Assembly: GCF_018350175.1 (NCBI RefSeq)
Contig: NC_058368.1
Location: forward strand, 174,222,001 to 174,286,000
Reading direction: 5' to 3'
Source: Felis catus
Lineage: Eukaryota
DNA: 64,000 nt
Shown piece by piece: positions 19,776-33,215 of the stretch. The notes below the pieces were generated by a model, which was not told where the DNA came from, searched no databases, and was given only the letters and a program-made list of their open reading frames with translations. The translations under genes were made by a program, and so were the position numbers. Within the stretch, counting starts at the first letter, position 1. The number at the start of each line of letters is the position of its first letter.

Positions 19776-22367
19776 TCTAAACGTCTCTCTAAATCTTACT
19801 TTTCTTATATAGCAGCACACGTCGTCGGTCAGCCAGCACAGAGCTCACTCAGCCTCTCCGATGGCTGCACAGCAGCCCGTGGGGTGGCTGGCCATGGTTA
19901 TTCTGTTATGCCCTTATCACGAGTATTTTGGTGGTTTCCAGTTCCTTCCTCCCTCCCTCCCATCCTTCCTACCTTCCTTCCACCTGTCCCCATGCAAACC
20001 CCACTTCAACAGAATGGCTGCACACACAATACTTCCTGGTTAAATCCCAGAGACTCCCTCCTACTGGTGGCATCCTATGATCCCAACTGATGAAAACAGC
20101 TAAGGCCCTGATGATTCCCTTTCACACAAGCTGATCCTGATTTTCCAGACAGCAGCTAGCAGGCAATCTACCGCAACCTGGGAGCGTGCAGGAATCAAGC
20201 TGACGGTAGACCCCCTCTCAGAAGCAAGCTAATCGCCATGTGACAAAAATTAAGCCTCTCTCTTAGGCTCTGGCCTGGAGCGGTTTTGCAACCTGAATAC
20301 GAGAAGCATCATTTAATCGTAACCACTGTGTTGGTGCAAGGATCACGGCCCCTTGGTCACCTTCTGCCACTCCAGCTGGTTCAACCACCAGGCCTTGCGA
20401 GCTGGGCCTCTGGGTATTATTTTTAGAAGATCTTTTCATTACATAAATAACACAAGCAGCATGGCTCTCACTGGTACATTTAATTAACTGTGGGGGGGAT
20501 AGCAGCAAAGCTCTCTTTTTTGACCATCCCTGTCTCCACAAGCAATTTTTTTTCTGAGTCTCTGTATACCTCTTATACAGGTATAGGTATTTGTGCCCTG
20601 GGACCAATGTTTTCATTAGCGTTCGGGGTTTTCAAATCTGAATCGAAGCAGTCTCTCACATAATTCAAACCTCATCTGCCCTCCCTTCTTTCCTTCTCTT
20701 CCTTCTGTCTGTTCTTTTCAGCAAATATTTCTTTCAGAGCGTAACGTGCCAAATGCTGTCCTAGGTGCTGGGGGCACAACGACGCACAGAGCAGCGGTAG
20801 TTGCGTTTTTCAGGATGTCTCAAAGAAGAACCACTCTGCCGAGTTTCTATTTTACAGCCCGGGTCCCAGAAGTTTCCGGTGACCTCTCGTGAAGGCAGGT
20901 GAGCATCTGATGGATATGCGTTCACCTGGAGCTTAATCCATCCTGTGCCTTCTGGGTAGAGTGACTGCCCTAGAGGGCCACGGCACCACAAGATCATTAT
21001 CATTATTTTCATCATCACAGCTAACATAAAAAAACAACAACACTTTCTTGAGCTTTCCTTTCAAACTTCCAAAGCAGTGACATGCTTATGGCAGTAAACC
21101 AAGTATGCTGAGGTATACAGGAAGGGTCAACGGTTCGAGCTATCGCACACCCAGACTTTCATGCCCGGAAGGTGACTGCTGCTGACGCTTTGGTATGATG
21201 GGGGCCTTCCAGTCTCTTCCCCGTGCTTCTACTTGTACACAGGCACACACACTGCACAATCCTGAGCGACCTCCTTTCCCTAATTTCTTCATTGCATAAG
21301 GATGCCCCTGTAGGTCACTTAGACCTAGTTCGTTCTTTTGAGAACCTAGGCTGTGGCAATATAGCCTCTGTCACGCTAAGATGTATAAAGGATTCTGTGC
21401 CGGGGGGGTTGCAAGAGGCAAAAAGTGGGAAACGATCAGAGTGCCCAGCAGCAGGGGATGGCTCGAGACATCACAGCACCTCCTTACTGTAGGATAGCCC
21501 TGGGCATGGTGAGATCCCATATTAAATGAAATAGCATTTCATGCTCACAATAACTCAAGAGCGAGCGAAATCACTGCTCCATTTAATGTCTGAGAGATGG
21601 AGGCTCAGAGAGGCCAAGGGATGTCACAGCCCTAGCAAGTGAACAGAGAGCCTGGATTCAAACTCAGCTCACACTCTTCGGCCTGCCTTACATGCCTGTG
21701 CTTCGATCAGACTTCAACTCATCCTTCCAGCTGGATCTCACCAAACGCTCCTGTACTTGTCCCCTAACTTTGCCATTGAGGCAACCCAGGCTTTCCCCAG
21801 ATGTATTAGCCCTTCTCACACCTGCCTTTGCTGTCTCCCTCACCTGGAGCTCTGCTCTTTCCTGTATTCACTTTAACTACTCTCCTTTCAAGGCACCGCT
21901 CAAACACTCTGGAGCTTTCCTGAATGCCTGTACTTTGTACCAAGTTATACCGTTGGCACCTGCTACCTTATAGTATAATATGGCTTTGTGTTTGCCCTCC
22001 CCACAGGGCCTGGATCTTGCCCACCTCTCTCCACCCCCTCTCCACCCATCCACCCACCCACCCGTCAACCCATCCATCCATCCAACATTGTCTATTGTCC
22101 ATGTAACAGGAGAGGAACAGGGTATGTGGAGTGTGTGAGTGTGTGCGTGTGTGTGTGTGTGTGTGATTTCCCCACCTTGGAAATCTACAGGTATTCACCT
22201 CAGAATTCAGTGGGTCCGGTGAGCGTCTGATGGGCCTATTTCTCCCCGCATTTTATGGCGAAAATTTTCACACGCAAAAAGTTGAGAAAACAACACAATC
22301 TTATCTAACACAGATCTTATCCAACTGTTCACGAAGACCAGATAATCATCTGTTCTACCTCTCATTC

Positions 22368-22405
<38 letters not shown>
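22368..22405. repeat. (TG)n microsatellite
   Basis: Perfect dinucleotide run. Confidence 0.95.
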
Positions 22406-22408
<3 letters not shown>

Positions 22409-23929
22409 ATTAATTGAAAGTCATTAGAACAGGCTCCAGCCACTTCCTCTACTCATCTTGCACGCTGACCGCGGATGTCACAGCTGCGAGTCGCACGGCT
22501 TCCTCTCCTCATCTTTGTCTTAATAGCCTTTGAAAAGGCACCTTTGGGAGAATATTTGCTCAGGGTGGCAGTACCCTGCACTGCCCCCGGGGAGGCTTCT
22601 GACCTTTACCTGCAGTGATCACCTAGCAGATGCAGCCGTAACAAAGAGCGAGGCACTGCGGGGGCATGCTGGCCAATCAGCCTTCCAGAGCAGCCCCAGC
22701 CCAGCGTGATAAATGCACTCACTGCACTCTCTGATGTCTTGCAAACCCACCGTGCTGGGCTCTGTGCGGGAGGAGGTCTGATTGCTCTCCATTACGAGCT
22801 TTGGTTGGTCTCTAAGTTTAGATCCTTGACGTGACATTCAAGGTTCTTCGTGACCTGGTTCTGTCTTCTCTCTTTAGTCTCAGCTTCTGTCTGCCATGTG
22901 CAATTTCGTGTCCCAAGACGACACTTTGAGAAATACAGTGCGGGTGACATTGAATTCCTCCTGGTTTTGAAAGTCCCAGGCCCATCCTGACTCAGTGCCT
23001 TTGCACATGCTGTTCTCACTGCTGGGAATGTCCCTCCTCTCTTCTATTGACTGGTGAGTCCTCGGTTTTCCTTCAAGGCCTGGCCTCCTCTGCTATCTCG
23101 TCCAGAAGCCCAGAAGCATTTGTTTTGCCCCCTCAATTCTACCTCCCACTTACACCCACCTCTGGCACAGGCTTGTGCTTTCTGGGGCACACTGGGTAGA
23201 ATGCTGGGTTTTCAGTGTCCCCGGAAAACTCTCCTTCTAGGGGGATCCTTGGTGATTCAGCATCACAATGTGTCTCCCCAGGAACTGAGTTGTGGTGGGT
23301 GGGATCCAGAATATCATTTCCCTCTGCATTCCTCCCACACAGCACAAAGAATACGGTCGAGGGCCACCCCACCAGCACAGTGGTAGCCCGGAGACAAACC
23401 CAAGTCTACTTCATGCCTCAACTTCCCTCTCACTGTTCCTCACAGAAGAAATGTCACTGGTTGTACATTCTGTTTGCTAACTAGAGGGATGAGGCCATCT
23501 AGAAAAGCCACTAGTCTCGAGGCTCAGGTCTCCTCCTTTCAAATTTTATCAAACTGAGTCCAGCATTTTCTTTTCTCTTTTCACTGGGAAGTAAAATGAA
23601 GTTCCTCTTTCAAGGTTTACGTATCTGAGTTCCGGGCACAGCCACCTGGGGAGCCGGCGTTGTACAAGCTGCCAGCAATTTGGGGGAGATTAGTTAAGGC
23701 TTGTCTGATTGGGTTTCTCACTTGGCCTCACGGATGAATCTGACTTTCCAGGCAATAATTTTATACTAGGAAAAGAAAACGGTATTCATCAGACGACCCC
23801 TGTATGCTAGGTACCTTCTGGGTGAACCAGTAGGCAATCCTGTGAAGAAGGGTGATTTGATCCCCTTGCTCTGCACAAGTTGACACACAGAGAAATGAAG
23901 GAGAGTCCCAGGGGCTGAGAGCGGGGACT

Positions 23930-24140
23930 TTGGACAGATCAGGGTTCTAATTCCAGTGCTGTCATATAAAGGCTTTGTGACCCTGGGCACTTTCCTGCAA
24001 CCTCTCTGAGCCTTAGTTTCCTCATTTGTAAAATTTGTAAAATAATATGCCCTCCTTCACGTGGTGGATGTGGAAATGCACAGTAAGAGTCTGTAAAACA
24101 CTTACTGCCTGGCACATGGTAGGTTCTCACCAAATGTCAT
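23930..24140 (+). mobile_element. MIR
   Basis: tgtgaccctgggca...cctctctgagccttagtttcctcatttgtaaaat...tgcctggcacatggtag. Many similar MIR and L2 relics occur across the window (e.g. ~640-790, 29030-29210, 47330-47520, 58630-58870, 60350-60580). Confidence 0.8.
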
Positions 24141-26916
24141 CTGTATTATTGTCTAAAGCTGCACAGCCGGGAAATAGCATTCACGAGCACCTGAGTGCCT
24201 TTCAGGGGCAGACACTGTACTGGGCTTTTAAATACAGCAGTGGGCATGACAGAAACATCTAGAAGCGTCTGTTACAGTGGGGGAGACAAATATTAAGTAA
24301 TTCACTGTAGTATTGCTCATTTAATTACAGTTCTGTTAAGAGTTATATATAGAAAGGGGAGATAGAAAGGCAAAAGTTATATATAGAAAGAAGCCAAAAA
24401 GATTATATAATGGGGGAGCTGCCCGGGTCCAGGAGTTAGTTACTGAAAGCTGGAGGAGATATTTGAATTGAGACGTTAGATGCCATCTCAATGAAAATGG
24501 GGGACAAACAGGTTCCAGAACGAGGGAACAGCTCCCACAAAAGCTCCGATGCAAGGCCTCTGGGGTAGAGGGGGAGTGTAAGCGTAGTGATGTGACTGGA
24601 GGCAGGAAGAGGCTCGCTGCCCTGCTGTTTACACGAGGAGACGGGGTGTGGCAGTGGGGGTGGGCCTGAGCTGAGCCCTGCCGACCACACCCAGTAACCA
24701 CTGTGGGTTCGGAGACAGAAGTCACTGGGTCCTGGAAAGGCAGTTCTTCGTCTTTATGAGCCATAATTTCTTAGAACTTTCCCCCTATAACTGGCCATTT
24801 CAAATGTCCTAGGTACCTGCTGCTGAGTACATCAGAAAGTGGCCCCAGGAACAGACCCTCAGGAGCTCGGCCCCTGTCAGAGTCCCAAAAGGGCCCGACA
24901 AATGGGGGTTATGTCACGGGGCAACTTTTTATTCTTTAAGGAGGGAAGACAAGCCTTTGCAAGCTCCAGAGTAGCCATACCCATACGGGGTGCTGAGCAA
25001 GCGTGACTAAGGCTCAGACGGCGGGAATGGAAATGACCTTGGTCCTCCCAGGGTCCTTTTCTTCCCACTTACCGATGCCAGCCAATGCGCAGCTCCGCTT
25101 AAGAAATGCTGACACGCTAGGAGCCCTGGGGGCTCCTTCTTACCATCACTCAGGAGCCTGAGGCAAGCTATGGGGCCGGGGCAGGGAATGCAAACCCAGT
25201 GGACACGGCGGGTCCCAGCCCCTGCGGTTCGGACACAGCCAAGCCCCACGGTGGGGGCAACGAGGAGCTGCAGGAATTCAAAAAACTGAAGTGTGACTCT
25301 GGCTGGTGGCAGGTGACAGCTGTGTGTGTGTGCACGCTCGCACACATATACAGAAGGCAACATTTTACTAAGCCTGGAAAACCCCATTAGTGTTAAGAAC
25401 ACTCAGACTCCTGACCCAGCAGTTGTGCTTCTAGGAATTTGTCCCGTGACTCCCCACGGTGCTGATCGTGTTAGCAAAAGCTGGAAATGGTGTAAAAGTG
25501 CACAGGGCACAGAGCAATGACGCCGTCGAAAAGACGGAGGAGGTTGTCTGCGCCCACGTGGGATGGTCTCCAAACGTGCTGAGTGGGGGAATGTGTGTGT
25601 GTGTGTACCCATGCATCCACACGCGGCTGGCTCAGGAAGGCCACCTGCCGAAAGGGCAAGGTGGGCTGCTTCCCGCGGGGACCTGGGGGCCGAGCCGCGT
25701 GGGAGTGAGACTTCTTTCGCCATGCACCCTTTGTGACCTTTTGGAATCTTTTGTACCTTGGGTAGGTATCACCTTTTCAACACCTAGCAGCCACACGGTC
25801 CGACAGGTGGAGGAGGGAAGGGGCAGAGTACGCTGGGCAGAGGGAACAGCACGCAGAGGCATGGGGGCTGGGTGATCAGATCAGGCTGAGGAGCAGGATC
25901 GACCACGTGGTTGGTCAGGGCTCCGGGCCAGGGCTGGCACTCGGTCCGCTCGGTCTGCAGGGCCCTTTGTAAAAAGTCCTCCACTCCAAGCTCACGGCCC
26001 TCAGGGACCATCCTCCCCCCTCTGCCCCACAATCACTGCACAGGTCTGGAGTCAGGCTGGTCATGCCATGCCCTCCGCTGCTTCCCCTGTGGTGAGCGTA
26101 AAGATAACCGCGCCTGCCACACCCTGTATGAGCTGGCCTCGGCCAACCTCTCTGGCTGATTCTTAGGGGGAAGGTGGAGCCGGGGCTGGAGGGCTGAAGA
26201 GTTTGGACTTAGTTCTGAAGGCAATAGGGAGCCACTGAAGCTTCAATCAGTAGGCTCAAGATTGTCCAGGAAACCGGTAGAAGGTGTGGAACACATCTCT
26301 CCTGATCCCAGTCAGCCGCCAATCAATGAGGACAGGAGGACACTCTTCTTCCTCGTTACCGCATAGAGAATGCTTACTTCGCGACAGGCCCAGGGCTCTC
26401 GATGTATACACCACCTCATTTACTCTTTATCACATCTTGAAGCAAGAGAGCTTTTCTGCATTTTATAAATGCAGGAACCAGGGCTCAGAAAAGTTCAGGA
26501 ACTTGCCCCAAGTCTCAACACCATTAGGTGGATTTGAATCCAGGTCTGTCGGACTCTAGAGTCCCTATCGTGGGCCACTGTGTATTTAGCTTTTCCGGTG
26601 GGGAAAGGAATGATCCTTGGGCTTTTCAAAGAGATGGTGTGATTGGGCATTTGCGGCACAACATTCTTCCTGCTTCGCGATAACATTCGCGTTGGTCTTT
26701 CATTTGTGTGGTGGAGATTTCTAGCTCCTTCACAGCAGTGGGCTGGGTGTTTCACAAAAGCCCTGTAGGCAGGAAAAGGCTTCTGGTTGAGACTCTTCTT
26801 ACAGAGAAAGGTCCTAGACTCCCAGTCATCTGGGTTTTGGTCCCAACTTCCATTGCCTCCAGGGGCCCAAAGCCGGGCATTGTGTTTGCTCCTGTCCTCA
26901 AGAGTGTTGTGTTCCA

Positions 26917-27136
26917 GGGGGGCCTGGGGTGGCTCAGTCGGTTAAGTGTCCGACTTCAGCTCAGGTCACGATCTCGCGGTTCGTGAGTTCGAGCCCCGCG
27001 TCGGGCTCTGGGCTGACAGCCCAGAGCCTGGAGCCTGCTTCAGATTCTGTGTCTCCCTCTCTCTCTGTCCCTCCCCCACTGACACTCTGTCTTTCAAAAA
27101 TAAATAAATGTGCAAGAAAAAATTTTTAATAAAAAA
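26917..27136 (+). mobile_element. Can-SINE (SINEC_Fc2-like)
   Basis: tRNA-derived head with B box gagttcgagcccc, CT tract and A tail; TSD agtgt(t/c)gtgttcca on both sides. Confidence 0.95.
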
Positions 27137-27789
27137 AGTGTCGTGTTCCAAGAATGGCCACCCCCCTGCCACCACCGGTGGGGCCCCTATGCATCGGCTG
27201 AGAGGTGAATGGATCTGAATGTTGTGTGGAATCTGGGGCAGCTTGACACAGGTTGGGGAGAGCCCCACCCCCTCCTTAGTCCAGAGTGGGACGGAGGGAG
27301 GCGGGTCAAAGTGGACATTTTATTATGATGAATGTTATCACTCTGGCATCATACCTAGGGAGAAGGTGACCTGGACCAGAAGCTGGGACACAGATCACTT
27401 CTGTGTGCTGAGCTCCTACAGATATTCTCCTATCTCTGTGAGGCCAAGATGATTACCGTTCCTGTTTGACAAATGGCTCGGAGCAGTTAAGTCACTTGTC
27501 AAGTGCACACAGCTGGTAAGGAGGCAGGCAGCGGGCTTTGAGCCAGCCCTGGTTCTACGGTCTCTGAGTGTCCATAGGTTCCACACCTACCCAAGGTATG
27601 TACCTGGCCCAGCTCGTTCCCTACGTGTGTCACCAGTTCTTGCGAGGTTGTCTTCTTCTCAATGAGACACCCTATGCTGCTCGCCTGACCTCTTCCAGGG
27701 GTTGATGTGGGAACCCGAGCCACATCTGGTGACAATAAATTCCCTTAGTTATTATCGTTTGTCTGAGAAACTTTATTTCCCGTGTCCTT

Positions 27790-28015
27790 TTTGCTTCAAT
27801 GAAGGTGAAGGTCACATCACATAAAGCTAACCATTTCCAAGTGTACAATCCGGTGGCATTCAGCACATGGACAATGTTGTGGCTACAGGACACGTCCATC
27901 ACCCCAAAGAGAAAGTCCACACCCATTCAGCAGTAACTCCCCATCCCCCGTTATCCTGGTCTCTCCCAACTCCCAGCCTGCCTTCTGGCTCTTTGGATTC
28001 ACCTATTCTGGATAC
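27790..28015 (-). mobile_element. Old L1 (L1MB-type) 3' UTR fragment
   Basis: aagtgtacaat..ggtggcatt...catcaccccaaagagaaa...cccattcagcagt...cctattctgga. Confidence 0.7.
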
Positions 28016-28273
28016 TGTGGGCACAAAGTGCATGTAAGATTGGGAAGTGTGGGGCTGGGGGAGATCCCCAATTCTCCTTTCCACCTTCTGCTTCCCTTTC
28101 GCCCACCTAGGTGCTCAGCTAAATGCGTAGGCATCCTCCTTGACATCCAGCCTACCAGGGAGCCCCGGGAATCTCCCTCTGAAATATGTGTATCTAGGAT
28201 GTGGCCACCTTCCTTGGCCCCTGCCGCCATCTTGGTGCTAGTCCAAGCCAGCATCATCTCTTGCCTGGACTTT

Positions 28274-28331
28274 TACTTTTAAGTTTCTTTATTTGTTTTG
28301 AGAGAGAGAGCGTGCGTGCACATAGGAGAGG

Positions 28332-28369
<38 letters not shown>

Positions 28370-28491
28370 CCCAAGCAAGCTCCGAGCTGTCAGTGCAATA
28401 CCCAACGAGGCACTCAATCTCACAAACCTTGAGATCATGATCCAAGCCAAAATCAAGAGTTAGATGCATAACAGAGCCACCCAGCTGCCCC
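28274..28491 (-). mobile_element. Can-SINE
   Basis: T-rich tail, (GA)n, gaatcccaagcaagctcc...gagccacccagctgcccc; TSD tcttgcctgg(a/c)cttt. Confidence 0.92.
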
Positions 28492-30171
28492 TCTTGCCTG
28501 GCCTTTCATGACAGCTCTTGACCGGCTCCCTCCTCTCTTGCCAATGCTATACTGTGACACCCTCACCTTGGCTCATAAGGCCCCGTAGGCTCTGCGCCCT
28601 ACCTCTCTGGTCTCCTACGTTATGCCCACGGCCTCAGTGGGCACGTGACCACCCTGGCCTTGTTCTAGTGCCTTGGACATGCCGCTCGCTCCCCCTCGGG
28701 GCTCTGCCTGCGATGTGATGGGCTATTGACCTGGATGTCCCAGTGTTGCCACAAAGATCAGTTCTGCACAGGGGCCCTCCTTGACCCTCAGAAACAACTC
28801 TCTTCACCTCTATCATACCCCCTCCACTTGGCTTTCCGCACAGCACATCTTTTTTTCCCGGCATTTTTCTTGCTTCCCTACTTGTTCACTATTTCCCTGT
28901 CCCCACTGGAACACAGGAGCCATGAGGGCTAGGATCCACTCTGTCTCGCTCCCTGCAAGCACTTAACGAGGGCTCAATTAATACTTATCGGATTGACTAA
29001 ATGCACGTTGAAAACAGCCATCATAACATATCGTATCCCATTTATTGGGTACTTTGAAAGTGCCAACCAATGTTCTAAGTACTTTATATACTTTATCCCA
29101 TTTAATCTCTGCAACAACCCTATCATGTGCATTCCATTCTTCATTTCCATTTTCTAGATAAGGAAATTGAGATTTATGGTGTTTTGTGATTTGGCCCAAG
29201 TCCATAGCCAGCAGCAGCTTGGCAAGTGTGGGAAAGGCCTGGGGAAGGCCTTTTCAGGGCAGGGGACGGACTGGGCTAAATGAAAACTCTGCCTTGGTTC
29301 TCCTGAAGGAGGTGAGACCCTGGATTGCCAATGTTTGCAAAGGGGCCCAAATCTCTGCCATCCAGGGCAAACTGCCCAGGGGGCCGGGGTGGGGTGGAGA
29401 GGGCATGGGGTTGGGAATTTGGACCGTGAGTTTGAGTCCCTGGTACGATTCTGACTTGCTATGTTACCTCCAAGTTTTATATCCTAATTTTCCTCAGCAG
29501 AAAGTGAGGACATGGGATTAGAATATCTCAAAGGTTTCTTCCAGCAACTTCATGTATGTGTGTATGTGTAGAGGGGGTGGGAAGGGTGCAATCATGAGCT
29601 CCCCAAATAAGAAAATAGGAGTGCTCTGGGTAGAAACAACATTCAGGGGCCACCTGGTGGTCAAGAACCCCTTGTTCAGCATCCCTGAAAGGTAGTCATC
29701 CCCAGTCACCTTGCATACCTCCAATGATGGGGGACTTACTATCTTACCAATAATTTGCCAACCAGTCACAGCCATTTAAAAACATACAGAGCCCTATGCA
29801 CGCTGTTTTGGAGACATAGCCCACTGGATAATAAGTGCTTTGCAAAATACGTATATTCCATAGAAAAGAGAATGTGTACTTAGCTATTTAGTATAACGAG
29901 CTGCCACTGACTAGCTGTCATAGTGTTACATTTGTAGATAGCCAATTAAACACTCATTACTTGCAATTTTGTGGTTTTCTTTTTGTATGTTGGGTCTGGG
30001 ACTCGCGTGTGCCTGTGTGAGTTTGCAGACATTTTTGTAGGTTCCTGAAAAGCTCTGAAGCCCCACGGGACAAATCTAAGTCCCACTTTCCCGGGCAGCC
30101 CGACAGGGCTTCATGTGCTCCTGAGCTTCCGCTTCTTTATGATACAACAGCCCTCGGGCCCTCCGACTGGA

Positions 30172-30310
30172 CTCACCACCATCATCTCTGCCATCGCGGC
30201 TGCCATCACCGCCACCACCGCCCTGCCCGTCACTGCTGCCATCCTCCTCCTCCTCACCGTCCTCATCCCCATCACCGTCATCACCTGCACCCGCAGCAGC
30301 CGCCGCGGCC
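30172..30310. repeat. Degenerate trinucleotide (CAC/CAT/CGC)n low-complexity tract
   Basis: caccaccatcatc...gccatcaccgccaccaccgcc...cctcctcctcctcaccg. Confidence 0.85.
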
Positions 30311-32991
30311 ACGAGAGCTGGGTGCCAGAACTGCCCCCGCCAACGTGGGGCCTCCCTCCCCTCTGATCTTCCTTCCCCCTGACCTCACTGCAGCTTGCGC
30401 CCTTCCCGCAAGGTACAGCTTGCTCTCACAGGCACGCGTCCTCGTGTGGCCGGCTGGGTCACCTTTAAGGACCCAAGCAGCAAACAGCTAACATTTGCCA
30501 GGAACGTTCACCCACACTGGCTATCTTCTATAATCCTCCCTGTCCTCTCCCACCTTCCATGGCCCCTCCCCCGGCCCATGAACTCATCTGGGGTCCTGCA
30601 GAACTCTGTGGAGCAAGCAGTCAGGGCGTCCTCTATTACCCCGTTTTGCAAATGTGACACAGAGAGGCCAAATGCCTGGGCGGAGGCCACACAGCAGGTC
30701 AGAGGCGGGAAGAGCCCTCCCAGGTTTCCATTCCCAACAGCTTGCCCTGTCCCACACCCCCTGTGTTCCCCACACCTCATTCGTTCGTGCACCACCTCCA
30801 CGGCTTTTGCCAAGCCCACAAAATGCCAGTCCTGGTTTGTTTTTTTGGTTTTTGTCTTTTTTTTTTTTTACTTGCTATCTTTCTTTAACGTGTTTGAACT
30901 TATTGCAAAAGGAATGGTTTTTATCCCTGTAACAATCAGCAGGATCCCTTTCCCTGCAACGGGTCACCCTGAGAATCAAGGCGGCGAAAACGCAATCAGT
31001 GTTAAATTCCGTGTGGCTGCTGCTGCCCAAAGAGCCAGCCTCTCTCCCTGTTGGAAAGGCGGGCTGGCGTGCCTGGAGACGTGCTCAAGACGGATTAGCA
31101 CCAAACTGACGCTTTCCCTGTGACAGGAGAGGAGGACGTGAACGGAGAAGGGAATCCTCTCGCAGTGGGACTGGATGTGCGCTAGCATCCGTGGAACCGA
31201 CCGCCCAGGTCCACTTTGGGACCCTCAGGGCTGCCGGCCCCGCCCCTGCGGAAGCATTTTGCCCATGGGGGAAGCCAACCCCGCGTCGGGGAAAGGAGCC
31301 GGGAACTTCTCTGAGGCTCAGTTTCCCCATCTGTACACAGGGCGTGATCCCACAGGGTGTGGCGCCGTCTCAGATGAGATGCGACACGAAGGGCTGGCGC
31401 TAGAAGTGAGGCGGCACCCTAGCAAATGTCATTCCCAACCCCCCCCCCCCCGGCCACTCTCTGCTCTTCCCTCACTGGACGTGGAGGCCTGCCTTTTCGG
31501 GGAGAGAAGGCACCCAAGGCGGCCAGAGCGGGGAAAGAAATGAGCGTGGCAAGTGCACACGGGCCTCCACGGGGACAGTCTGGGAGCAGGGGCAGCTCAC
31601 GGTAGGCCCAGGACAGCCTGCCGGGGCCGATGGACCCGTGTCCCCGGTAGCACGCTTGTCCTCTCAGCCTGCAAACCTCAGTGAAACACGGGGTCCCCCA
31701 CCGCAGCTGCAGGGCCTCCTAATTCCAGCCCCGCTGCTTATCAGTGGGGCAATTCTGGCCAGGCCACCTGGCCTGGAGCCCCAAGTCCCCTTCCTGTGAA
31801 ACGGGGATGATAATTTCAACAGCACAAAGGTGCGGAGAGCCTTGCGGGCTTAAGAGCAAGGCGCTTCTAGACAGCCAGCTACCCTGCCGCTCCTGTCCGC
31901 GGTCACAGCAAGCACTGGCTTGGTGTCTCTCTGCCTCAGCCTCCTCGACGGGCACAAGGGAAATGATGACGGGTTCTACACATTTGACTAGTATGAGGAA
32001 TAAACGGGCGGAGGCGTGGAAAGCCCTAGTAGTTGGGGTTGAGGGGGTGCAAACCCCCTACGGGATTCACAAGCCCTCAGCACCACGCTTGCTGTAGAAC
32101 CTGCCTTCCTCCAGCTCTCCCCTGGGCTCTGTCCTGCCCTGTCCCGTCCCCTTCCACGACCTCACCAAGTCCCCTTTCTCAGCTGTGCCCCTAGCAGCAC
32201 CCCCAGCTCCTACCCCCTGCCCTGGGGAACCAACCCACGACCCTTCGGCATCTGACCCAGGTGCCAGGGTTCCCGGAGACATCTGCTCAGCTCAGTCCAA
32301 ACACATCACACACCGTAGGACCAACTGTAGTATTTACGACAGCTGAATACTGGAAATGACTTGCAGGCGTTTAAAACTAGAAGACTGGCTGAGCAAATTA
32401 TGTCATAATGGAATTCTCATAGCGCTTACTATCACGTTTTGGAAATTACGAAACAATGAGGGGACCTGTTTATATTTAAGTAATAAAATAGCAGAATTGA
32501 AAGTGTATATAGAAGATGACTGGAACTCAGAACTCCTACCTGATCAACCTGCAGGGGAGAAAAACAACGAAAACTTATGTCTAGAAGGGCAGGCTGCACA
32601 GTAAGAGTGGTTTCCTTTGATGGTGACAATGACTTATTACTGTCTTCTTCCAGATCTCTTTACCAAACTTTTCTACATTGGGAATGCACATACGGATACA
32701 TGTAAAGCGTATATGTTTTTGCATAAAGCAAATTTGAAAGGATACATCACCATGAACTAACAAAAGTGACCTCCTCTTTTGGGCAGGGGACTGGGCGAAT
32801 GGGGGTCAGGGTGGAGGGAGGCTCCCTTGTATATTGTATTTCTAACCACACGGATGTTTTCTCTGATCAAAAGGTGAAAAGAAAAAAAAGCCCATAATCG
32901 TCTAAGAAATCTTCAGCAAAGGCGGTAAGTATTTTTCCAAATGGGCTCTGTGGACATTTGTTCAAGTTGCTACTGAAAAAAAGGAATTTGT

Positions 32992-33215
32992 GGGGCGCCT
33001 GGGTGGCTCAATTGGTTAAGCGTCTGACTTCAGTTCAGGTCATGATCTCGCGGTTGGTGGGTTCCAGCCCTGCGTCGGGCTCTGTGCTGACAGCTCAGAG
33101 CCTAGAGCCTGCTTCTGATTCTGTGTCTCCCTCTCTCTGCCCCTCCCCTGCTCACGCTCTGTCTCTCTGTCTCTCTGTCTCTCTCTCTCCCTCAAAAATA
33201 AACATTAAAAAAAAA
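32992..33215 (+). mobile_element. Can-SINE (SINEC_Fc2-like)
   Basis: ggggcgcctgggtggctca head and poly(A); TSD aaaaaaggaatttgt. Confidence 0.95.

Noticed and set aside
26917..27010. tRNA-like sequences with A/B boxes
   Set aside because: These are the tRNA-derived heads of Can-SINEs, not tRNA genes.
30076..30366. Acidic or hydrophobic ORFs on the two strands (GDDGDGDEDGEEEED / ITATTALPVTAAILLLL)
   Set aside because: Both are translations of a degenerate trinucleotide repeat.
30395..31123. 242-aa plus-strand ORF
   Set aside because: Non-ATG start, crosses a MIR-like relic and a T-run, and shows no recognisable homology.
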